Of a stretch of DNA of 64,000 nt, positions 12,084 through 26,400 are shown in pieces; position 1 is the first letter of the stretch, and every line of letters begins with the position of its first letter. The stretch is taken from assembly GCF_000002075.1 (NCBI RefSeq), contig NW_004797283.1:1021581-1085580 (forward strand), written 5' to 3'. Made by a program: the position numbers and the translations under genes. The notes beneath the pieces are model-generated. The model worked only from the letters and a program-made list of their open reading frames with translations, made no database searches and was not told where the DNA came from. This DNA comes from Aplysia californica (taxonomy: Eukaryota).

Positions 12084-14429
12084 GCCCCCGCGCGCGGTAA
12101 TTCCAGTAACCTCAGCCCTGATCTGATATTCCTCTAGGGTTATTTCCGGTAAAACAAAGGGGTGAGAATAGCGAGTCATGGGTTATTCTCACCCCGGGTG
12201 AGAATAACCACTTGCTTGAGCCAAAAGTGGGTAAAAAAAAATAATAGGGGATTTACAGCATATACCTAAAACATTTTAAAGTTGACATATTTTCTTAATT
12301 ATAATCAAGCAATCCAAGCTCTTTTCTTCATTTCCTTTTTTTTTTCTTTTATAATATTATTTCTTTTTTCTTTTCTTTTTTTCCCCCTCTCCTTTCCCCT
12401 TCATCTTGAACATTTGGAATTTGGAGCCAAAAGAAATTCTCCGGGCCAGACACGATCCAAAAGAGCCAAATTTCATGGAGTGAGAATAACCACTTCCTAG
12501 CCTAAAATGGGTTAAAAAAATAATAGGGGATTTACAGCATAGAATCTACACCTAAAACATCTTAAAGCTGACATATTTTTCTCAACACCACACTTTAACA
12601 TTTGCCTAAGAAACACTGCAATTCAAGAGATGGGATGAGTTCAAGACTCATGTGGTGACGTCTAGACAGCTGGGGGATTAAATTTACACAAGCTTTTACT
12701 ACAATGTGGGGGCAGGGCGGTGTTGCTGTCTCAAAATGAGCAATTTGTAGACAAGGTTACTGTAGTCGTTTTTCCTAGTGATCATGTGTGTGCATCCAAT
12801 ATCCAAGAACTTTTTAATAAGTGGATCAAGATTTTTAGCGAGAAAAATTTTGTTTGTTCGCTGGCCTGAAGAAGTGCCATGCAAAGTTTTGTGGGCTTAG
12901 GTAAAATCCTAAATGAGCAAGAATGTTTTCAACGCGGTCATATGAAAGTGAACAAGCTTAATTATTTTGTACCTGGGCATTATTTCACTTTCACTCCCGT
13001 TTCATGCTCAGGTGCACTTTTCTTGCTCATTTTAATATTTTACACGAAACTATTAGTTTTTGAAATAGTTGATGGTTTTTATTCAAACTATATTACTTGA
13101 CTATCCTATACTTTGGACTTCATTTAAAAATTGTGATGGTTTCAGGGGGGTGGGGGGGGGGGCGTGCCCCTCGTGTCCCCTCCAGTATTTCCGCGTAATT
13201 TGACATTCTGTGATAAGGTTTTTAATTTTCATGGAAGCAATTAATTGGTTTGCAACAGTTTTAGTGGCCGTAATAATATGTATTTTGCAGCCAAAGAGAT
13301 GCATGGTGGTTTGATCCTTTAAAGTAGGCTACTGCATCAATCCAAGGCGGGAAGGACAGTAAATATATGTGTATTTCTCTGATTATGTCCCCAAAAGTAC
13401 AAAATAAAATAAACACATTATTTCGTTTTATTTTGCTCCTGGGCTGTAATTAGCCCGATTTATCAAACAACTTTTGTTTATAAAAATAATTAACCTAAAT
13501 TTTGTAATTTTTTGGGTGCCAGGGAGTCAAGTCAGATTTTAAAATGTTTAGAATTTAACCAGCCTTTCCAGACCAGTCCCTGGCCAAAATTGTTCAGAAC
13601 CGGTATTGATCAAGATGATTATTCCATCACTGTCGCAGTTGCTGTCATTGAAACCAACTAAACCATATTTTCCTAGAAATGCCAAATGAGTGTTGGCTGT
13701 GCTCTGGTATGGTTTGCTCATCTATCATCTGCTGTCCTTATTTCTCCTCTTTTTTGTGTTTGTTACTCGCTTGTAACAGTAACACCTCTTATCTTCGGCA
13801 CTTGTTTCACCTTATAGTGTTGCAAGTGCCGTAAAACTTTAACCTCTACTAAAATTGAGATGCCAAAATGTTTTATTAACTATTTATTTTGACAGTATTG
13901 TGCTTTTATTTGTAATCAGACCCTGGAGCTGTAAGCTACAAAACCTGCAAAGATTTGGAAGTCAAAATCTGTACTTATTAGGGAAACTTTTATGCCGGGT
14001 AAAACAGCATTCATGTTGGTCCATGTTTCTTTCTTGTAAATGAGTCGTGCTAGGTTCAGAAACGAGGCAATAAATTATGTGCCTATTTTTTGTGCATTTG
14101 AGTGTATGAAATTTGTTTTGGTGTGTTATGTGTACATAATATATACAAGTGTGTTTGCTTGTTTTTCTGTGACACTTCCATAATTGTATGCTGTTTTAAA
14201 TATGGGAAACCAAGACACTAGTTGTTGCATCTTATCATGCATGAGCCATGGTACACATTGTAAATTGTATGTGCTGCTCTCTGTGATGTATGGAGTCTCA
14301 CTGTTTTTCCACAGAGTAATTTCATGGTAATTAAGGCATGGTCACCATCCATCCCACTTCATATTTTATGTTTATGCTTTAAAGAAAAACCTTACATTCT
14401 TTTTCAGCTACCTTACCTTTGGCCCAAAA

Positions 14430-14460
14430 ATGGCAGAAGCAAGTGAGGGGATGGAAGAAT
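14430..14460 (+). CDS. RLR coding exon 1 (MAEASEGMEE)
   Basis: Acceptor TTTTCAG at 14407, AAAATGG start context, donor GTAAGC at 14461. Phase 1 joins exon 2 in frame. Confidence 0.7.
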
Positions 14461-17400
14461 GTAAGCATTTTATAAGTACTCTTTACCTTAAATTGTAAAT
14501 GAAGAGTAAATTAGCATGTGTGACTCAATCTATTTGTTTTGACAATGTCAGCATAATGCTCTTGTTATCCCAGATTCATTGTTATGGCATGTACAGCAAT
14601 GGTAGTTTTCTTTGCTGTGTCGGTTATAGTATTCATCTTTAAGTGGTATTCCTTTCAGTTGGATCATAGTTCAAATTACAATCGATCGAACCTGTCCGAG
14701 ATGGAATGACACGGAAGCCAGGAAAAAATTCCCCAATAGACATTTTCCATCCTGAACAGGGAAATTTAGGGAGAAGGTTGGGGGGGGGGGGGGGGGCGAG
14801 GGGAGAGACATTCATTGGGCCAGCCTGTATGAAAGATGGCATATCAGAGCGGCTAGGATAGCACTTTAGCACTTTGGAGGTGTGCAGTTTTCACTACCAT
14901 TTTCCGACCAGACAGGCGACCCTTGATTCCCCCTAAGCTCATGTAGGCTGGCCCACTGAACGTCTCTTCCCTCCCCCTATTGTGTTTTCAAATCAGAGCT
15001 CCAAGTACTGTGCATTTAACATATATTTACAAGATTGGATCCAACACTGAACCTTGGGTCACTCCAAAACCTAGTTAGAAAATTGATGAAAGAGTTATAT
15101 GCAACCACAGAACCAGTGAAGAACTCTACCAGACAGGTCGAACGTGATAAAGAATCGTCCAATTTCAGTAAAAGAATAGTGTAATCTATAGTGTCAAACA
15201 ATTTCTTTATATAAAGGGAAGGTTGGAGATAAGCCTTAAATTCTTGAGCTCGTTGGGGCAAAGATTTTATTTTTTAAAGTAGGGAGATAACTAAAGCCTG
15301 CTTTAATGATGATGGTAACACTCCAGACTGAAGAGACTCGTTAATGACGGAAGTTATAAACTCAAGAACACTGTCAAGATGTGTGATGAACGGTGGTGTT
15401 GGAATGTGATCAAGACTACATACTTTATGGGATGAGGACATTATGATCGATCTTACATCTTTTTGTGTAACACACCTAAATTCATAAAAAGTATGCCCCA
15501 ATCAGCCAATGCCACCACTTCCCTGCCTGTAAAAAGGATTCGAGGAACTTATTTCTTGGCTTGACATATGATTGGGGTGGCAGGCAGTTGTCAAATTAAT
15601 TTCACACTTTTGGCCACCCAGGAAAGTTTTCAGACTGGAGTGCCTTTCAAGCACTTTCGCAAGCAATGGTGAGATTTCACACCCACACCACCCTGATCAA
15701 CTGCACTACTCACGGCTGACGTGGATGGGGTAACAGTTACCCCTAAACCATATCCCTTCTTCCCTTCCTTGCCTGGTGACATGGCTGGCATGAAAGTTAG
15801 AGCCAGTGGAACCGAACTTGTCTGAGCGGGCAAAGCATTTTCTGTCTTTGACTTGTCAAAACCCTGCAAAGGGAAGGGATTTCTCCTCCAATTCTGGGTT
15901 GAGCAGGTTTCTGTCTTTGATGATGTATTATAGTGGAATTTATCAAGGGGGAAGTGAGGAGATTCCGTTATGATAGGTTTCCATCTTACACAGGTTTTTA
16001 TTTAAGGCAGGTTGAACTGTATTGAGCCAACTTAGAATACTGACTAAAATGCTCAAAGCTGTACATTCCATTTTGTTTTGAAAGTATTTGTGTTCCTTAT
16101 GAGATTATGATACTTGTAAACTCAGACAGGTCTTTTCAGAAACTGATTTTTTTTCTCAGTTGTTTAAATAAAGAAAAGGGAAAAATGCTGAAATGATGCA
16201 CCAAAGTCATTTATGGTATATGTATAATTTTGAGCATTGTTTTTCTTGTAGAATATTCCACCTCTTTTAAGAGCTTTCCTTCTTGCAGTTATGCAGTGTG
16301 TCTATTTCATAATTTTTTATTCACTGTGAAGCGTTCAAAGAAATTTTCTCTCGAACTTTGGACTGGTTGGGTGTACATCAGCGCAGTGTTTCTAAATGTT
16401 ATAATACTTATGTTTCCATTCAGGACTTACTGGAAAGACACAATGAAGTTTCATGATGGCATGTTTAATTGTTACTAATGCAGTTAAGAGTCATTGAGAG
16501 CCTAAGTACCTGTAGTATAAAAGCTATTAGATTCTTCTCTGTTAACATGTTTCACTTAGAAGGTAGAAATGTGAGTCTTGCATGAACAATTTTTTTATAT
16601 TGAGTATCTCAGTCTTTATGCTGAGCTGTTTTATCCCTCTTAGCTTGGGTTGACAATATCAAAGCAGCTGTCCTGAGTTATGTATATTGTGTCTACAGAG
16701 GCATAAAACATTTACAAATACATGGTAATGAGGACTCCAGAGCTGTAAACAGAAAGACACCACCTTCCATCAGCTCCTTACACATTTCTTGCCTTTTTTT
16801 ATATAGATCCTACAGAGCAAATATTTTTAATGAAATAACATTGAGGTTTCCAATGTTCATACTTTGTTTCAGTTTGTGATAATTTCTTCAAAATAAAATT
16901 GACGGAGAAAGAGTTTCAAAGTCCGGCCTTCGAACGGCTCCTGGAAAATGGAACCCTACATAGGAACGAAATAGAAAAAATAAGGGAGGAAGATGAGTTT
17001 GATGAAAGAGAGGACCTATCGGACACTAAAGCTGGATTCTCTGATGATGATGAGGCTCAAGGAGGTGAAATAGTTTTTTGTCCTAATATTGTGTTTTGTT
17101 TTTATACAGAGTATTCTAATCAAGTTATGTTGTGAAGTTAGACTTGACTCTGCTTTTTGAAGGAGATTAATCGACTCTAGGAGCAGGCTCATGTTTTAAA
17201 AGGCACCATAAAGACACAGATTCATTGTAATAAGAATTATAAAAATCTCATCTAACAGCTTGAAAATTGATTGTCATCCTTGCAATGGTTCTTCGATATT
17301 CTACCTAAAAGAAATGCAAAAAATGTTCAGTGGCAGCAACTTTAACTTCCCAGACAAGTCACCAATATTCTCCTTACTGTTAGATCACATAGGCCAACAT

Positions 17401-20400
17401 AATAACATCAGGCAGAGGCTGTTTTAAGGCTGATTTCTATACAGAATGTCAAAATCTGTTATGTTTCAGGAGCAGTGGCATTCACATATATATTTTTTTA
17501 AATACTAGTATCATACGATGATAACACAAGTATATGTGTCACGACTCTCTGGAAGCAGGTGCTCGCCTTTTTGGGGAGGGCAGATGGAGTTATTTGTATC
17601 GTTTTAAAGTTTGTTCATTTTTCTAGCATTTAACGAAAAGAAGTCAAGATATTTGCATGGAGGTGGAGGTCACCTGGTGTCAGAGGTGAAATTAGCAAGA
17701 AAATGGCCACCAAAGTTTAGTGATTTCCAAGGTTTGGGTGTCCTTTGAAACTGCAAATTTACAATTTTTGTACCTTTCATCAACGTCTTTCAGTAAAATC
17801 CACACAGAAATGTTTTCTTAAATTGATATAAAAGATGTTGAGCCAAACCAAGAAAATTTGAAGAAAAAAACATGCCCAAGAGCCAGAAAAATGCCAGATT
17901 CCTTGGTTACATTATTTTGATGAGCACCTGATTTCACCACGCTGCCTCACATATATATCCTTTGCGTTTTGAGAAACCATTTAATCCCTTTCAGGAGTGG
18001 ATGGTCATGAAACTGATCTTCGCCTGCGAGACTATCAGTTCGAGCTGGCGGAGGAGGCTGTCAAGGGCTACAACACTGTCGTATGTGCTCCTACTGGCTC
18101 AGGAAAGACACGAGTTGCTACATACGTCATTCAAAAACATTTGGAGAAAGAAGGTACTTTTTTTCTCACTTCAACCAATGTGTAAATAACTTTGATGTAT
18201 GAAGAATTTTTTGTTATAACAGCAAATATTGAGGCTTTTTTAGAGAGTAATATTTGATTGCTGGTCACTGAACACATTAACCTGTTCAGTGCTGAAGCGT
18301 TTCCCTTTACATTTGTACTGACAAGACAAAATGTTCATTCAAAAAATAATTAAGCAAAGCCATATTGTATTTTCCCATATGAGAATAAGAAAATACACAA
18401 GTTGCAAATAAATGTTCTAAAGTATCCTTTATAAACTAGCAGAAAAACATGTCAGTAGACCAGTTATGGAGAACATAGCAGCATGAATGGTTGGCGGGTG
18501 CTCTGGTATGGCTTGCTTCCTCTCTCCTTTCAAACAATTATCATCCTTATCCTCTTACTCTCTTGTAACACCTTTAATCTTTGGCACTTATATGACCTAA
18601 CTGTGTTGCAAATGCCGTAAAATGTTTACTAAAACAAATGAACACAGGAGAGTACATGATACATTTACACAGCATGACACATTTGCTGACCTAATTGTGT
18701 TGCAAGTCCCATAAAGTACTTACTAAAACAAATGAATACAGGAGAGTACACATGTCTACACAGCAGTGAAGACGTTAATAACTGTATCAGCAATCACATT
18801 TGTAACACACTGTCACTGTCTATTTTTAACAGTAGCTAATATTCTTGCTTCTCACTTCCCTCTTAGGTTTGTGTCTTGGGGTGGGGGATTTCTTAACTCT
18901 TTATCTCCGAGGGGGGTAAACCCACTATGCCGGGTCCTTTTTTTGGTACTAAATCTAAAAATAACAAAAACATCTATAAATAGGTCATTAACTCGCTCAA
19001 TCCCATCTCGGTCAGCTTGCGGGCTGCATTCAATCCCTCGACCGAGATAATTTGGTTCTATAGTTGTATTCAGTATACTAGTTATTTAATTTCGGAAATC
19101 AGCCTCAAGTTTTATATAAAGTCAATTTATTATTTCTCTCTCCAATTCTGCCCAGAGGGGTGCTGGAATTTTGTTTCTACTGTCATTACACGTGCAGAAA
19201 TCACGGTTTTCATAAAGGCACTTTCAGCACGTTTGTTCACAAAGATCAGCTGAGCATGTCTCGCAATCGATTCTCTCTGCCTTTCTCACGCATACATTTT
19301 TTTTTATTCATGAAAGTATTCAACAGTCTTTATTATACATGACATACAATACATAGATCTAGACACTCACAAGCATATTTGAATATCATTGTAGGCTTGT
19401 TCCTACTCACTTGTCCATGAAACAAAATTATAAGCCCCCAAAAATGCCAAATTTGTACAACACTCCAAAGCAAAACTACTAAAGCTACATACTTCAAATT
19501 TGGCTCGTCTATAGATCCATCTTAGGTTGTACTTTGTGCCAAATATCAAAGCAATTATATAATATTTATGGTTACAAGTGGGCCCTTACATCATAAGTGC
19601 CAAAATGACCGGTTTTTGGGGTACAATTTAGGGAAAAACTCCTGGGATTGAGTGAGTTAAATCAAAACCAGTGAACCTATTGTGATAGTTTTTCCTCTAA
19701 TGAATAAACTCCTAATATAAGAGACCTGTTTTTTGGGGATTTCCGAAAAGTAATTTGATGTTGACATCGTCGTAAAGGAAAGCGGCCGAGCCGCTGTCAT
19801 GGGCTTACCGGCACAGCCGTTCCGACCGCGCCCAGTGGCTTGTCGAACATAAAGAGTTAATGCATTACTGGATATTTCTGAGAAACTCTTGTAGCAAAAG
19901 AACTCTTTAAATTCTGTCAGGCATGTATTAAAGGATGCACTAAAGCATCAGCGAAGGTATCTGTGATCCTCGGGTCCTGTGACTTTTGATCAGACACTTG
20001 AGACTTGATCCATGTTCATGACGGGAGTGTTTTCTCTTTCAGAAAGCCCTGGTTCATGGTTCTTGCTCAGTATCTTAGTTTTCTTCACCCTTCACCTTCA
20101 CCTGTCCCATAGACTGGATGTCCATCGGGTGGCTTTTGAAGATTTGGCCACCAGCTTGCTCCACTCCTTCCGGTCTTCAACTTTCCTGAGCATGTCTTTG
20201 AGGTCCAGGCCTGTCCATTCCTTGATGTTGTCCTCCCAACTCTTCTTCGGTCTGCCTCTGCTCCTTTTTCCTTGGACGCTGCCTTGCAAGATTTTCTGGA
20301 TTAAGAATATTCTCAGAAGCTTTGAGTTGACTCTGGTCCAAGCTGAGTGCTCTGAGTCTGAGATAGTTATCATCACACACGAGGCATTGAACATTCAGTT

Positions 20401-23400
20401 CACTTGACTGAGACAATACCTGTGTATGTGAAAAATTGGTCTTCCCTTTGTATCAGTGCACTTTGAATACAACAAAATGCTCATCGGTGGCATTGATAGT
20501 CTAGTGGTTAGACTACTGTGCTCATTATCGTTACAATGTGGGTTTGGGGATTTGAGACTCAACTCGATCTTACGTTGTGTCCTCGAGAAAGGCACTCCTC
20601 ACAAACTTTCTCATTTGGCTAAGTCATATCAGAGATGGACATTAAATTCGGAGATCAGGTCTTGTGGATAACCTACCAGTGTTGCAGGGGGCATTAATCC
20701 TTTACATTTCGCATATATTTATCTGCTCATTACATAAAGTTACTGCTGGGGAGGCTTTGTCAAAAAGCTAATGTCAATCCCAACATTCTGACTGGGTGTT
20801 GACTGTGAATCCAAAGTGCAGCAGTCCCCTGAAAGTATGGTTCACTTTTATTTGAAAAGTTCTTTGAATACTCTGGCTTTTGAGAAAGAAGTTCATGATG
20901 GGGTTTTTTTACAAGAAGGGGGATTATACAATGAAATAACAATACGTGGGGCAAATAAGCAATTTAATTCTTGGGAAGAAAGAGTGGAAAAGCAAATCAG
21001 TCTTAGGTAGATGGTTATTTACTGTGTGCATAGAACATTCTCAGTGTCTGTGTTCACATTTATGATTTATTTCCTTCCATATGAAAGAGAAGAAAGATAA
21101 AGAATGACGGAGTGAGTGGATTTGTACAGTTACTTTGCGTGAATGTGTGCTTGCTTGTTTGTATATAAATTGTGATACTGTTTTTAATTTTAAATGATTT
21201 TGTAGTTATGGTAGAAGGGAATTGTCTTGATTTCTTATAAAAATGTCACAGAGATTATCAAGAGGTATTCAGTGTCTCATACCCTTTTTGTTGTTTGTGG
21301 AAAATCCTGAACACTTTTGATCTTTTGAGCAACACTGATGTAATTTGTTCCTTTTTTTCTTTTTTCTAAAAATCTAAAAAATTTAAAGAAGGTTTTTTTT
21401 TGGAAAATTATAATAATACTGTTCTTGAAAATTAATGCTTTTTATTTTCCTGCTGCATTAACTTGAACTTTATGCTCCGTGTTTTATTGAATCACATTTC
21501 TAGAAGCTACGAATGCAGTCAAAAAAGTTGTGTTCCTTGCACGAACCGTTCCTCTTGTGAAGCAACAGTATGATAACCTACAACGACATCTTGGAAATAA
21601 ATACAGCGTAAGTGGTAATTAAATATTCTGCACCATTTTGTGTTCTCTTGCGTCTTGTTTTCTTGATTTGTTAGAAACAGAAATCAGAAGCAATGAATAA
21701 AATGAGATGTTCCATCCTCAAGGAAACTGCCCTGCTATGGCATTCATGAGATACAGGGTTTTTTCACACTTTTCTTACATATTGTTATTATATTTGATTA
21801 TTAAACTTGTTTTGTGATATATTAGGACGCTGCAAGCTATGTATGTTTATTTTCAGTAAATTGGATAAGTCCAATGATTTAATGTACTCATCTTGTTTCA
21901 TAATAACAATAAAAATTGCATGCCTGTAAGTTCATGCTCATAATCTAAATGTCACTAACCAAGCTTCTTTCTGATATTTTGAACAAATTGAGTAAAGGAG
22001 TTTAGTTTATCCATTTGATATTTTTGGGGACATTTTTGGTCAGTTGCAATAATTGCGCACTAAGAAACCTGTTCACTTAACTGTGGTGATCGTGGAATGC
22101 CCTACATAGTTATGAAACGAAGGTATAAATATTTGGTGAAATAGTTGCACTCTGTCCAGAATCACTCTGTATAAGTCAACATGAATGATGATATTTAATC
22201 GAGAAAGATATGAGATATTTTATTCTCAAGAATACTGGGGACAGCATAGCCTCACTTTTGTTCAGATCTGCTCCTTACAACTTTAAAAACGCCATGACAT
22301 TGCATTATGCACAATGGTACAAGGGAACCCGCAGTAATGACATTCTCTGTTTTGGGAAATAACATAGCTGCACTCGCTAAAGCTTTAAACATATCTTATT
22401 CAGTATGATAGGATAGATTCTCTCATGGTTTTTCTTGCAAAGCTCAAACTCAGTTTCTTATTACTGTTTGATTTTCCGTTTATTTTTGCCTAAGGTACTT
22501 TCCATTAAGCAAAAGGGTGACGAAAATTCTTAAGTGGTGGACTGGTCAGGAAAAGCAAGGAAGTGACACGCATGCAATGACTTTTATGCTTCCTTTTTGC
22601 ATAAATAGTTAAAGATCTAAAAAAAAAATTACGCAAGTAAGAGGATTTGGGCCTCTCGTGTAATTAACCACATAACATGGTATGTAACTAAAACTAGTTA
22701 GCTGAAAAATGATTATTATTAAGGGTCATGCAATGTGAGTTTTTGGGTGAATGACACCATTATCTATTTTGAGTGATGTGTGGAACTGTTAGTGCCTTGA
22801 AAAGAGTTTTGTTTGTGGGGCTTTTTTTCATGTTTGTTAATTCTTTCAACAGTGTTGTTAGAAATAGAATTAATTGTTAGGACTCATAAGTTTATCTTTT
22901 ACTTTTGAAAAAATCATGTCAGGTATGTTTTCCTTTTTCTCTTTTTTTCCCATAAGGGTCACATGTGCCCGTTTTTTCATATCTAGTTAGTGCTCTTGCT
23001 CTTGCTCGCCCAAACTCCCTGTGTTAAATGCAAGATTATAGTTTTGTTTAGGATGACAGCTTTTATGCTCTGGATCAGGATAATAGAAGGCAGTTCACCA
23101 GGTAGTCAAATGGTGTTTCAAAAATAACCTTATTAATTGCATACAAACAGTTGTTCGAATTTTGTCACCGTAGTGTTGCAGTTTCGTCGCATGCCTGTGG
23201 ATTCAGCGTAGTAGTCCACAGTGGGGACGCTTTTGATGTTCTCAGTTTATTGGTCTTTTTAGGAGTAAGATGCCCTCCTTGTGTTTATTTGTACAAGTTT
23301 ATTTACTATTTTCAAACCGGCCAAGATATTTAGCTGATAATGACGGCTATATAATAGATTACATCAATACAACACTTTTCTGCTTCCAGAAGGCAAAAAA

Positions 23401-26400
23401 TATAAAAGGAAAAAGTTGGGTTCTTTGTACCCATGCAACCATATCCAGCAGCTAACCACAAGGCTATAAATAGTTTTTTAAACATATTTTTGGGTTAAAT
23501 ATGACATTACTGGGGTCTGGTCTAAGTCTGAGATTCTAGGAGATTTGTTTTTTTTTAAAAAGGATTTGCTGTTTACCCAGAAAGATAGTCACCATCACTT
23601 GTTGGAAGAATAACATTGAAGGAGCATAGACAAAGAGAGGCCAGATTATACCCAAACCCCCACCCTACCAACTGTCGTCAAAAGTGTTCAGTTTAACAAC
23701 CCTGATTCTGAAACTTCAAGTCAAAAGTCTTCCTGTCTCACTCACCCATGTCACTTTCTCCACTGAACCCGACCCCTTTTCCAAAATGCTGTAAATGTCA
23801 CATTAGATTTTAAGTTGGCTCATAATTTGTGCATGTGCTGTATTGACTATCCATTAATTGTCATTTTTTTTTACCTTCATTATTTTACCTTTATTTTTGC
23901 GACAAATGGCAATGAACTTATGCTAAGATTAGATCCTCAAAGTCCATAACAAAACTGGAACACGCTGAAGACAAAATTGAAACACATACTCATTTCTTAA
24001 TTAAACAGTCTAAACTTAATGGCTGGCAAGTCGATGGCAAGTCGTTTTAATTCAAGCTTATTGAATTATCTAAACTGAACATAAATGTCTTCAATTTTAG
24101 TCTCACAATATCAATAAGCCACTATTGTACAAAGCAATGATAGCTTTCCCACAATGAAGCTGTTTTAGTTTTATTGCTAAAAAGCTTTGCAGATGACGTG
24201 ATGAACTAGGCTTTGTTAACAAGGGCCTGTGTCTTGTTGGCTGATGTGACAAATTATTAATTTGATTGCCCTTTATTAGAAATGAGTTATTCAACATGAT
24301 TTTTAGCTATTTGAATGGTTTCTTGAAATACAAGTTGGGATAGGATCTCGGTGGGTGCATTGTCACAAAATTGGAACACTGGCAGAGCTGGTATCATACA
24401 GCAGACCTTATACAGATTTCTCTTATTTCTAGCTTGTATTTTGTTTTATCGTTTGTTATCACAAAGGGTGATCTTATTGTCCAAGTTGGACAATGAATTG
24501 GAAGCACCACTACTTTTTAAATTACTTTTTTATGTTTAAAGTAGTTTTAGAACCTAACCATACTACAGACTTCAACATAAGTTAAGGACCACCCTGACAG
24601 ACAGCCCTGATTTGGTGTTTTTTTAAAGACAGCATGGAATATTTCAAAATTTTTTGCTCTGAAAGTGTTAATGGGTTACCAATGCGTACTGCCAAGCTTC
24701 CTAAAGGAGCAAAATCATCACGTGCTGCAAGGAAGTCCTCAGGGAATTTTAGCCAAATTTGCTGTTTTTTATCGACTTGTGTGCGACACCATGGACATTC
24801 CTCAGATAAAATTTCTGATGCACGTCATAAACGGACATACGGTCTTAACTGTGCTCATTTTGGTGGCAATATAAGCCGCTGTTTGCGCAAAATCCAGTAT
24901 CGCATCAACGTGCCACCAAGACGAAAGCTGAGAGACTTTGATCGTGCCAGAGCTATGGCATGGCTGCAGGATGGAGTTGGAGCCCGAGAAGTTGCCAGAA
25001 GGTTTGCAGTGTCACACTCTGTCATTGTCAGCCTGAGGCAACACCATCAAGCTACTGGATCAGTCCAAGAACACCCACGTGCAGGTCGACCCAAGAAGAC
25101 CTCTCGGAGTGTTTGCAAGTGGTCCTTAACTTTTGTTGAAGTCTGTAGGTTTACCCTATTCTATATCTAATTACAGGGGAGTCTGCTTAAACCCAACACT
25201 TATAATCCAAAAACAGACGTAGATTGAAAAAAAATTAAATCCCGGATTTTTTTCTTGTATTTCAGCAACCTTTCTTCCTCAAAAACCTGGCTTAACCGAA
25301 AAAAAATTATATTTCCTGTTGACTTCAGTTTACACAAACTCTCCACTGTATGTCATATTGTCTCATTAATTTCCTGTCATCTTGTCTCTGAATAGATCCT
25401 GAAGGTGTCAGGAGGAGAAGAGATCAGCTTGAAGCTTCACATGATAATCGATACTTATGACATCATCGTGATGACACCTCAGATCCTGTTGAACCACCTG
25501 AACTTTGATCTCATCCCGAGCCTTGAGATCCTCTCCCTTGTGGTCTTTGACGAGTGCCACCACACAAATAAAAAGGAGACCTACAACATACTCATGCAGG
25601 CCTATCACAAGACAAGAATGGAGAACGGTGGTGAAAAGATGCCTCAGGTTATGCATTTATCTGTATATCTTAACCTTCTCCCTCCTAATCTTCCCTGGAT
25701 TATGTTATAGTTCTGAATTGTTATGGTAATGCTCTTTGTACGAAAGACATGAGTTTGATTCACGCGTCTGGAAGATTTCTTATTGAAAATGTTTGTCTTT
25801 CTGATAGGACGTAGACAGGCCATGGAACAAAGCAGCTCTCCTGCAAAATGTTTGAAATTGTGATCATGAAGGGGAAAACATTTGCAGCAACTTGTTGTTG
25901 TTCAAATTAGTAAAATATAAGAAACATTTCTTCTTAAAGAGATATGGGTTCAGTAACTGTTCACTTAAAGAGAGACAGAGAGAGTTGAACATACCTTAGC
26001 ACCCACTAACCACTCACATGATGAGCTTGTAACCAGCCTTGACTTTATTTTTTAAATAGTTGCTTTGGGATGAAGAGTCATTTTTATCAACTTTTACACA
26101 AATTGATGGTTGTAATTCATAGGTATTATCAAAAACATTAGTCTTATTTATTAACTGTTTTTGCCTGGTGATGTGCGTTCCTGCTGTCAACATCGATTTT
26201 CAGCTTAGCTTGTTAAACAGGACAGCAGTCTCCTGTCTCAGTGTTACTGGACTCACGGTCTAGATGTAGCCCACTCGTGACATTTTTCGGACCCCAGGTC
26301 TTTGATGGTGAAGTGTTCCTAGCTTTCTTCGTTCCCTATATTCCCCGTCTTACTCATAGCTTTTAAAAACTTGCAAATCTAAGTCAAAAAGTGAATACCT

